Origin: Candidatus Hodarchaeota archaeon
GTDB taxonomy: Archaea; Asgardarchaeota; Heimdallarchaeia; Hodarchaeales; Hodarchaeaceae
Assembly: GCA_016839785.1 (NCBI GenBank)
Contig: JAEOTQ010000158.1
Span: 1 to 13,181 of the forward strand
DNA length: 13,181 nucleotides
Direction: 5' to 3'
Shown: in pieces, positions 6,062-13,181 of the stretch
Position numbering within the stretch: position 1 is the stretch's first letter
How the letters are laid out: the number at the start of each line of letters is the position of its first letter
Notes under the pieces: generated by a model
The model's database searches: none
Told to the model about the DNA's origin: nothing
The model's input: the letters and a program-made list of their open reading frames with translations, nothing else
Made by a program: the position numbers and the translations under genes

Positions 6062-8644
6062 TTAGAACTTTATCGAACAGTTACCTTTAGTTATTAATCC
6101 TTCCATAGAGCTATCTGGTTTTCCTATTCTCAATTTTACTATATTATGCATGATTTTTAGATCTTTTTCAAACTTCTCTAGCGATTTTGGGATGTAAACT
6201 AGACTTAAAGGCTCTTTTAATGACAGACCTTTATCTTTTTTTGCCTTCCAGATCGCTGAATCGATAGTAAGAAGATCCTCAGTTAATAACGATTCTTCTG
6301 AACTAGGATTGTCTGGTTGAGGCAGGGACTCAATATGAAGACTATTCTCAGGATCATATAATGATTGAAAGATCTTTTCGGTCACAAATGGGATGATAGG
6401 AGCTAGAAGTTTCAAGATCACTTGGAGAGCGGTGTGTAAACTGTAACGGGCGCTATGAATTGAACTCTCTGACATGTTTTCTTCACCATAGGCACGTGAT
6501 TTAACTAGTTCGATGTAATGAGCTGCAAATAAATTCCAGATCCAATTATAGAGATTTTCCGCTGGAATTGAAAAATCAAGCTTTGTATACCCATTCAAGC
6601 ATCGATTAGTGAGAGCATCCAAACTGGCTAATAGCCATTCATCTACAGGGTCTAATTTTTTAGGACGTTCCTCAAATGGAAAAATCGATATGAATCTAGA
6701 TACGTTCCATAATTTAGTGATGAATTTCGCATTTCCGTCCAATTTCGATAAAGAAAATCGAATATCTGAGCCATGACTTCCCTGTAAACATGAGGTGAGT
6801 CTTACACTATCGGCTCCATAATATAAATTTAGATTAGCTTGTTTTTCAGTAAATTTTGGTGATGTATCTAATTCAGCAACTACTTTCCAACTATCTTTAT
6901 CAGGTCGAAGAGTTTTTGGAGTATTCTTCGGTAAAACTTGAGGTTGTAAGAATAAGAGAGGATCAACACTATTTCCCTCACTTTTTGACATTTTTCCACC
7001 ATAAGGATCTCTTACTAGGCCTGAAATCCATACTTGTGTGAATGCAGGCTTTTTAAATAGGTGAAATGATCTTAATATTGTATAAAACAACCAAGTTCTT
7101 ACAATTTCTTTCCCTTGAGGACGGATAGAACAGGGGAAGTTTTTCTCGAAGAATTCTCCATTTTTATCTTGAAAAAATATCTCTCCAAAATTACATGCTG
7201 CTAATTCAGAAATGGATGAATCAAACCAAGTATCAAATGTTCGTACTTCTCCTTGAGCGTCTTCCAGAGAACTTCCACATTTTATACATTTGGACATTGG
7301 TGGAAGTTCTTTCCATGCGTCATAATATCTATCTAATTCTCTTTCTTTTGGAATATTCGCTGATTGACATTTGGTACAATACCAGATTGGAATTGATGTT
7401 CCATAAAACCGTCTTCGACTGATTGCCCAATCAGTATTAATTGCGTTAATCCAGTTATCTAGTATAATCTTATTTGATTCGGGGAAGAAATCCATCTCTT
7501 CCACAATTTCTTTAATTTCTGGAATTACCTCAAGTTGTTTAAGATAATATTCCTCCATAGCAATAATTTCAATTGGAGTCTTGGACCTCCAACAGACTGG
7601 TACCCTTCTTCTTGTTTGTGTTGATTTTATAAGTGTTTTATTTGCCTTTAAATCCTCAATAATTGCAGACTGTGCCTCTTTTACCAGCATTCCTTTATAT
7701 TTACCCCCTACCTCGTTAATTCTCCCATCAGCTTCAATAGCTGTTTTTGGATTAAGTATTTCTTCTTCTCGAAGTATTTTTACATCAGATTTATCCCCAA
7801 AGGCGCATATCATCATGATCCCAGTCCCAAATTCAGGATCGGCTTCCCTATGTTTTCTGATGGGAACTTTCTTCTTGAATATTGGAGTTATGGCATTTTT
7901 TCCTTCCAAACTTGTGTATCTTGAATCTCTGGGATGAAATATTATTAATTCACAGGTAGCTATGAGTTCTGGCCTCGTTGTAGAGATAGTAATAGTTTCA
8001 TCCGAATTTTCAATTCCAAAGATGATCTCATGTAGGTAAGACTCGTCATCAAGGTATTCAATTTCAGCATCAGCAATTGTCGTCCCGCAATCAATACACC
8101 AATTGTTCGGCCTTGCCGCCCGTGTAATCAATCCTGCGTTCCAAGCTCTAATAAATGTACGCTGAGTATTGAATCGATATTGAGGAGAATCAGTTTGATA
8201 ATATATGCCAGGTGAGCCGTAAAAAGCATTACATGAGAGTCCCATCCATTTCATTACTTGAATGGTATTTTCTTCGGCAATATCTAGCTCTCGTTTACAT
8301 ATCGCTAAAAATTCCTCTCTATCCATTTCATGCATTGATTTGTTGAGTTTTTGTTCTACTTTTACTTCAACTGGCAACCCATTCCTGTCGGCGCAGGCTG
8401 GAAAGATAACATTATTCCCCTGCATTCGATAATAACGTGCAATCATATCAATTTGGGCATAATGAATAGCGAATCCTAGGTGTGCACGGCCCGAGACATA
8501 AGGAGGTGGGGTATCAATAATGTAAATAGGTTTTTTGGAATCCTCAATGAATTTATATGTTTCAGATTCAGCCCAATATTGGATTATCTCTCTTTCACTA
8601 CTTGCTTTCCATCTTTTCTGCTTGATCTTTGGTTTTAGTGCCAT
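6062..8644 (-). CDS. valS: Valine--tRNA ligase, archaeal type
   Basis: IDTPPPYVSG, HIGH-equivalent HLGF, DRNGLPVE, NWCIDCGTTIADAEIEY, editing domain TTRPE and DPEFGTGIMMICAFGD, DWAISRRRFYGTSIPIW, FDTWFDSS, RPQGKEIVRTW, KMSKS, YGAD, KLWN, LAPIIPFVTE. SD GAGGAG 6 nt upstream. Confidence 0.96.
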   Translation of the reverse strand: MALKPKIKQKRWKASSEREIIQYWAESETYKFIEDSKKPIYIIDTPPPYVSGRAHLGFAIHYAQIDMIARYYRMQGNNVIFPACADRNGLPVEVKVEQKLNKSMHEMDREEFLAICKRELDIAEENTIQVMKWMGLSCNAFYGSPGIYYQTDSPQYRFNTQRTFIRAWNAGLITRAARPNNWCIDCGTTIADAEIEYLDDESYLHEIIFGIENSDETITISTTRPELIATCELIIFHPRDSRYTSLEGKNAITPIFKKKVPIRKHREADPEFGTGIMMICAFGDKSDVKILREEEILNPKTAIEADGRINEVGGKYKGMLVKEAQSAIIEDLKANKTLIKSTQTRRRVPVCWRSKTPIEIIAMEEYYLKQLEVIPEIKEIVEEMDFFPESNKIILDNWINAINTDWAISRRRFYGTSIPIWYCTKCQSANIPKERELDRYYDAWKELPPMSKCIKCGSSLEDAQGEVRTFDTWFDSSISELAACNFGEIFFQDKNGEFFEKNFPCSIRPQGKEIVRTWLFYTILRSFHLFKKPAFTQVWISGLVRDPYGGKMSKSEGNSVDPLLFLQPQVLPKNTPKTLRPDKDSWKVVAELDTSPKFTEKQANLNLYYGADSVRLTSCLQGSHGSDIRFSLSKLDGNAKFITKLWNVSRFISIFPFEERPKKLDPVDEWLLASLDALTNRCLNGYTKLDFSIPAENLYNWIWNLFAAHYIELVKSRAYGEENMSESSIHSARYSLHTALQVILKLLAPIIPFVTEKIFQSLYDPENSLHIESLPQPDNPSSEESLLTEDLLTIDSAIWKAKKDKGLSLKEPLSLVYIPKSLEKFEKDLKIMHNIVKLRIGKPDSSMEGLITKGNCSIKF

Positions 8645-8650
8645 TTTTTA

Positions 8651-8656
8651 CTCCTC
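8651..8656 (-). promoter_or_regulatory. Shine-Dalgarno site for valS
   Basis: Minus strand reads GAGGAG-TAAAAA-ATG. Confidence 0.75.
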
Positions 8657-9061
8657 AAATCATAATTTCAGCTGGGGGCCTTTATTTTTGAATTCTTTTG
8701 TTTGCTAACGCAATGAATGCCTAGAAAATCAAAATAATAAAAATCGTACTTACTCAGTAATGGCTTATTTCCAAATAAGTCTAATAATTGATGATGTATG
8801 AAATCAAACTGCAGTTTCTTTTTAGCGGGTTGATGTAGAAGGAATAACAAAACGATCCCAGCTATTTACCACAATTATTCACCACATTTAATCAAATAAG
8901 GGAACTCCTTTTAAAGGTTAATTTTGGGCTAGTTATTTACTCTATTGAAAATAAACGTACATAAGCATATTATATTCCCTCTTTGTCTTTGACCATAATC
9001 GTATTCAAGAGAATCAGATCAAATTTACTAGTTACTATTTCTTTCTCGGGTGTTTCATCGA

Positions 9062-10162
9062 ATGGCTACTGACATACTCGCTGAAGAACAGCTTAAGCTT
9101 GAATTGCTTCGTGTATTATCTAAATACTTTTTAAGACAACTTGAGGAACTTCTGAGAGACAAAACTGGTTCTTTCTTTCCTATCGATAGATTATCAAATT
9201 TAGAATTAGGTAAGAGATTGGGCAAAAGGAAGGAGCTACAATTAATGACCGTTTCTGTCTGTGATGCACTCCAAAATAGAGATTTTAAAATTGATCTAGC
9301 TTTTAAATTTCATGAAAGTCCAGATGCGGCGATTGAAGAAGCGAATGGAGCAGCTTGGCTAGAAGACCTGTTAAAAACTAACAGTAGACTCAAAACTGCG
9401 CGTCTACTGTATTTTTCTCAAGAACACTCACTATTAATATACGAAGGTTTATCAAATCCCAAAGAATTTTTTGATCACGAATTAGACTTACCTCAAAAAT
9501 TATTTCTTGCAGGGAGCGCTCTTCCGTATATTCATGGGCTTTTCGAACAAAATGTTGTTATCGATCGGTACCTTCACCTTATCACGGAAACATTAAACGG
9601 TTTGAATATTTCTCCAAACGATCGTGATGAGTTGAATTACCTATTTAAACATCCTTTGAAACAAATGGGTCTAAGTTTAGCTGGAGCTCATTGTTTTGGT
9701 GATTTTCATCCTGGTAATTTGATGTTCTATGAATCAGAAACACCTCTTGAAAATTCAGGTGATATTCGAATGGATAAAACAATCATTTACCTTATTGATC
9801 CTGCTTATCTAGATAGAGATAGTTTCGTTGATCGGTCAGAGGATATAGGAACTTTCTTTTCAAAATTTGCTTACAATGACTTTTCACTAACGCAGAATTT
9901 TGATAAAACAGTATCTGATGTTGAATTATTCTGTAAAGGATATGATCATACTTGTTCATATAATGGAGTTTCATTATCTGATTATTACCCAGAAGGAATT
10001 ACAATTGATTTTCACATTGCATTAGGGATATTAATTGAAAGCCTATTCAAAACTCGAATGACTGGATATCCTCATACAAATTCAGTGAGCCCCTTGGTTC
10101 AAACAAGCGTTGACGCCGTAAAATTCATTCTTGAAAGAAGACCTTTTCAGGTTTATGAATGA
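9062..10162 (+). CDS. Uncharacterised protein-kinase-like (APH/choline kinase-type) phosphotransferase
   Basis: Beta3 Lys LAFKF, helix-C Glu IEEANG, hinge LLIYEGL, Brenner-type loop FGDFHPGN (9695-9718), metal-binding YLIDP, downstream EDIG. ATG 9062 has GGGTG about 9 nt upstream and is preferred over GTG 9050. Confidence 0.78.
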   Translation: MATDILAEEQLKLELLRVLSKYFLRQLEELLRDKTGSFFPIDRLSNLELGKRLGKRKELQLMTVSVCDALQNRDFKIDLAFKFHESPDAAIEEANGAAWLEDLLKTNSRLKTARLLYFSQEHSLLIYEGLSNPKEFFDHELDLPQKLFLAGSALPYIHGLFEQNVVIDRYLHLITETLNGLNISPNDRDELNYLFKHPLKQMGLSLAGAHCFGDFHPGNLMFYESETPLENSGDIRMDKTIIYLIDPAYLDRDSFVDRSEDIGTFFSKFAYNDFSLTQNFDKTVSDVELFCKGYDHTCSYNGVSLSDYYPEGITIDFHIALGILIESLFKTRMTGYPHTNSVSPLVQTSVDAVKFILERRPFQVYE

Positions 10163-10213
10163 TTGAGTTTGGGATAACCATCAGAGAATTCAAATTTTAC
10201 ATTTATTCCCTTT

Positions 10214-11110
10214 TTAGAAAAGATACTCAATCAATGAATATCCTATAACAGCGAGAATACCGCTGACGAATGCAGAACTAATATTCACGATATCATTTGT
10301 TATTAGACGATATCCCTTCATAAATTTTGTAGTATTTCCACATCTATGCATTTGTCTTTCTGTTTCTTTCTGACAATGTTCACAATAATACAATCCTTGG
10401 ATTGTAGCTCCTTCAAAAGAATCAATAAGACCCCCTAATGTACCTACAAGAATAAGCAGAATTACCTGCGAAATCACCAGGAATATATTTATTTTGAAAT
10501 AAAGAACTGCTTGTATAATGTATATAAGTGATATTATTACAGAACCTGTTAATCCAGCAATTGTACCTTTTAATGTTACCCCTCCACTTGTACCTTTTGG
10601 AACATATTTTTTAAGGTCAGTTATAAGCCTAGGTAGACTTGATGACTTTATTCCAATTTCAGTCATCCATGTATCGGAATTATGTGTTGCTATAGTTGCA
10701 AACGCCGCAAATATCAATGGAGAATTGATTAATATTGAAAAAGTTTTATAATTTTCAATAAATGGGAAAAAATCAAACAAAAGAAACAATATTCCGAAAA
10801 ATAAGGCCGGAAAGCTATTGGATAATACCTGGATGGAGTCACGTGTAGAGTCTTTTGAAAATTCTGACGTGATAATCCGTTTTTGTGGTGTACTCTGTTT
10901 AGATAGTATTGAAGATGTTAGAAAAAACAGTAATAAAGCACACCAAAGAAAAGGTGAGATAATATATATCATAATAGCAATTGATGCTCCCGTTATAATA
11001 CCCCCAGGCATGGTGAGGAGTTTTAGTTTAATAATTATGAATAAGAGGGGAAAATTGAAAATTATCCCCCAAAATAAAGCCTGTATAAGATAATTAATGA
11101 TTATACTCAT
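10214..11110 (-). CDS. DUF92/TMEM19 family membrane protein (VTE6-like)
   Basis: Multi-TM; FFLTSSILSK, RDSIQVLSN, SDTWMTEIG, PRLIT...VPKGTSGGVTLKGT, IDSFEGATIQ, ITNDIVN are DUF92 motifs; CxxC...HxC loop at 10340-10384. Confidence 0.9.
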   Translation of the reverse strand: MSIIINYLIQALFWGIIFNFPLLFIIIKLKLLTMPGGIITGASIAIMIYIISPFLWCALLLFFLTSSILSKQSTPQKRIITSEFSKDSTRDSIQVLSNSFPALFFGILFLLFDFFPFIENYKTFSILINSPLIFAAFATIATHNSDTWMTEIGIKSSSLPRLITDLKKYVPKGTSGGVTLKGTIAGLTGSVIISLIYIIQAVLYFKINIFLVISQVILLILVGTLGGLIDSFEGATIQGLYYCEHCQKETERQMHRCGNTTKFMKGYRLITNDIVNISSAFVSGILAVIGYSLIEYLF

Positions 11111-11497
11111 CTTTTGATTCCGTCCTTTATTGTGACTATTTTAAAGATAGAGATTGTTCTTTGCTATATTTTATTGATGATTTTTCATCAGAAATTAGTA
11201 TGTTGTGATTGTTGTGGTAAAATGCATAAATCTGGTTCACACTGCTCAACTTCTTTCTTAGGAAAAAGAATTCACATCAGATATAAATTCACAGTAAAGT
11301 TGTTTTACCTGCCTTCGTTGATAAGCCCTGCAAATGATACTCAAATTTATCATTAAAACTCTGCAACAAGTAGCTTTCCCAAGAAAATCTAACCATAAAG
11401 GTTTGAGCTATGTATTTTATTGAATATGACGTTGATTTGTACAATTCTCTATGCTTATCTAGTTTTACTCAAGGATGAACTCAAACGAAGACTAGAA

Positions 11498-11502
11498 GAG
11501 GT
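11498..11502 (+). promoter_or_regulatory. Shine-Dalgarno site for rpoB
   Basis: GAGGT 7 nt upstream of GTG 11510. Confidence 0.6.
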
Positions 11503-11509
11503 CTATCTC

Positions 11510-13181
11510 GTGGAACAATTGGCAAATGATGATAAGTGGGAAGTCCTTAAATCCTTATATAATGAATTTGGATTAGTAAGGCAACATCTTTTCTCCTTCA
11601 ATGAATTCGTTGATAAAAAGCTTAATGAAATAGTTCAGGAACGACCCAAGATTGAACCTGATATTGAAGGATTTTATGTAAAATTAGAAGGAATTGAGGT
11701 TGGAGAACCTTCTGTGAGGGAAGCTGACGGTTCTGAACGAACTATATACCCCATGGAGGCAAGAGTGAGGAATTTAATCTATTCTGCTCCCCTGAATTTG
11801 AAAATGCGGCCTGTATATGTTGATGCAGGAATTGAAAAAGAGGAGGAAGTGATTGTTGCATACATTGGTCGCTTACCAATTATGTTAAAATCAAATTCTT
11901 GTTTATTACATAACCTATCTACTGAAGAACTTACCAGATTAGGAGAAGATCCTGAAGATCCTGGTGGTTATTTTATTATTAATGGATCAGAAAGAGTAAT
12001 CGTTACTCAAGAATATCTCGTTTCAAATCGTGTGTTGGTTGATGAGGGACGGAAAGGATCTTCGACCACCGCAGTAGCAAAGGTATTCAGTACAGTTGCA
12101 GGCTTTCGGTCGTTGGTATCGGTTCAAAGACGGAAGGATGGACGTTTACTCGTAAATTTTTTCAGCGTTCCAAGACCACTCCCTTTAGCTGTCTTAATTA
12201 AAGCATTGGGGATTACTATTGACCGAGATATCGCTAATCTAGTTAGTAATGACCCTGAACTTATTCAAGAGTTGTTACCTACATTACGAGAAGCCGCAGA
12301 AATTGTCGATCAAGAAGAAGCATTAGATTTCATTGGGAAACGAGTTGCTGTTGGACAAACACGTCAATATCGAATTCTACGAGCTAAACAGGTGTTAGAT
12401 AACTATCTATTACCTCACGTAGGAAAGGATGCCAGTTATCGTAGACAAAAGGCACTTTATCTTGCACAAATGGCCTTAAAAGTCATTAAACTCAATTTAA
12501 AGAGAATTGAGTCTGATGATAAGGATCATTATGCGAATAAAAGATTAAAACTTGCGGGAGAAATGTTGACAAGTTTATTTCGTGTCGCCTTCCATTCTCT
12601 TTATCGTGACATCAAGTATCAGCTGGAAAAAGGTGCAAGGAGGGGCAAGTTACCCAATTTACGTGTCGCCATGCGAGCTGATGTAATTACTGAAAGAATA
12701 CGTCATGCGCTTGCAACAGGTAATTGGGTAGGTGGGAAAGCGGGTGTGTCACAACTCTTAGATCGTACAAATTATATGTCGACGTATAGTCATCTAAGAC
12801 GGGTTATCAGCCCTCTTATCCGAAGTCAAGCCCATTTCGAAGCACGAGATTTGCATGCAACACATTGGGGGAAAATTTGTCCTAACGAAACTCCAGAAGG
12901 GCCTAATTGTGGCCTAGTAAAAAATCTCGCTATGCAAGCATATATCTCGATCGGTACACCTGACGAACCAGTCAAAGAATTTATCTATCAAAATTGTAAA
13001 GCTATTCCAGTGTCAGAAACCATTGATCACCAAGGCGTTCAAATTTTACTAAACGGAAATCTTATTGCGACAACTAGAGAACCGCTTGAAACTTTTACAA
13101 TAATTAGAAACGCTAGAAGGAATAATAAACTGTATCATGAAATAAATCTTGCCTTTTTTGATGAAAATCATGTTATTTCAA
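11510..13181 (+). CDS. rpoB: DNA-directed RNA polymerase subunit B (Rpo2), unsplit, 3'-truncated by the window edge
   Basis: Hand translation, absent from the ORF track because there is no stop in the window: DKWEVLKSLYNEFGLVRQHLFSFNEF, YPMEARVRNLIYSAPL, IGRLPIMLKS, GEDPEDPGGYFIINGSERVIV, DDKDHYANKRLKLAG, LATGNW, GVSQLLDRTN, SHLRRV, EARDLHATHWGKICPNETPEGPNCGLVKNLA. An in-frame ATG at 11426 exists, but GTG 11510 has the SD and matches the usual N-terminus. Confidence 0.98.
   Translation, partial: MEQLANDDKWEVLKSLYNEFGLVRQHLFSFNEFVDKKLNEIVQERPKIEPDIEGFYVKLEGIEVGEPSVREADGSERTIYPMEARVRNLIYSAPLNLKMRPVYVDAGIEKEEEVIVAYIGRLPIMLKSNSCLLHNLSTEELTRLGEDPEDPGGYFIINGSERVIVTQEYLVSNRVLVDEGRKGSSTTAVAKVFSTVAGFRSLVSVQRRKDGRLLVNFFSVPRPLPLAVLIKALGITIDRDIANLVSNDPELIQELLPTLREAAEIVDQEEALDFIGKRVAVGQTRQYRILRAKQVLDNYLLPHVGKDASYRRQKALYLAQMALKVIKLNLKRIESDDKDHYANKRLKLAGEMLTSLFRVAFHSLYRDIKYQLEKGARRGKLPNLRVAMRADVITERIRHALATGNWVGGKAGVSQLLDRTNYMSTYSHLRRVISPLIRSQAHFEARDLHATHWGKICPNETPEGPNCGLVKNLAMQAYISIGTPDEPVKEFIYQNCKAIPVSETIDHQGVQILLNGNLIATTREPLETFTIIRNARRNNKLYHEINLAFFDENHVIS

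Noticed and set aside
6856-7937. ORFs 6856..7041, 7195..7422 and 7581..7937 (+)
   Set aside because: Antisense to valS; no independent coding evidence.
5171-8680. GGGGGCC motif near both the aglB and valS leaders
   Set aside because: Only 7 nt and in opposite orientation relative to the two genes; consistent with chance.
8668-8850. 60-aa ORF upstream of valS
   Set aside because: TTG start without an SD and no family resemblance; I checked for a Sec61beta/SecG-like pattern and found none.
8645-9061. T-box riboswitch, tRNA, SRP or RNase P RNA in the valS leader
   Set aside because: No T-box consensus, no cloverleaf and no GC-rich extended stems.
9792-11093. ORFs 9792..9974 (-), 10518..10751 (+) and 10818..11093 (+)
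   Set aside because: Antisense shadows of the kinase and DUF92 genes.
11167-11423. Direct repeat TATTTTATTGA at 11167-11177 and 11413-11423
   Set aside because: Low-complexity AT-rich 11-mer in only two copies; nothing between them resembles a mobile element or CRISPR array.
11475-11496. SECIS-like ATGA...AAA...GA pattern before rpoB
   Set aside because: The helix between the motifs is far too short and no gene here has an in-frame TGA.
11426-11509. 28-aa N-terminal extension of Rpo2 from ATG 11426
   Set aside because: No SD and no resemblance to Rpo2 N-termini; GTG 11510 has an SD and fits the family.

Overview
AT-rich archaeal housekeeping window, most consistent with an Asgard archaeon (inference from an unsplit Rpo2, a eukaryote/TACK-type STT3/AglB, a DP1 gene and Shine-Dalgarno use). 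Gene order: 5'-truncated cdc6/orc1 (+); convergent DP1-family PolD small subunit with altered nuclease motifs (-); aglB/STT3 (-); PRC-barrel protein (+); UPF0148/Auto_anti-p27 Zn-ribbon protein (-); valS (-); uncharacterised APH/choline-kinase-like phosphotransferase (+); DUF92/TMEM19 membrane protein (-); 3'-truncated rpoB/rpo2 (+, missing from the ORF track). I found no mobile element, CRISPR array, tRNA or rRNA. The best leads are a DP1 whose exonuclease site appears to be drifting toward the inactive eukaryotic B-subunit state, a PRC-barrel protein with an exact PIP-box match near the replication genes, a pseudoknot/switch-like element in the aglB leader, an SD-led uORF in the valS leader, and a possible polyprenyl-phosphate link between aglB, DUF92 and the kinase. 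All family calls come from motif recognition by eye; no database search was run.
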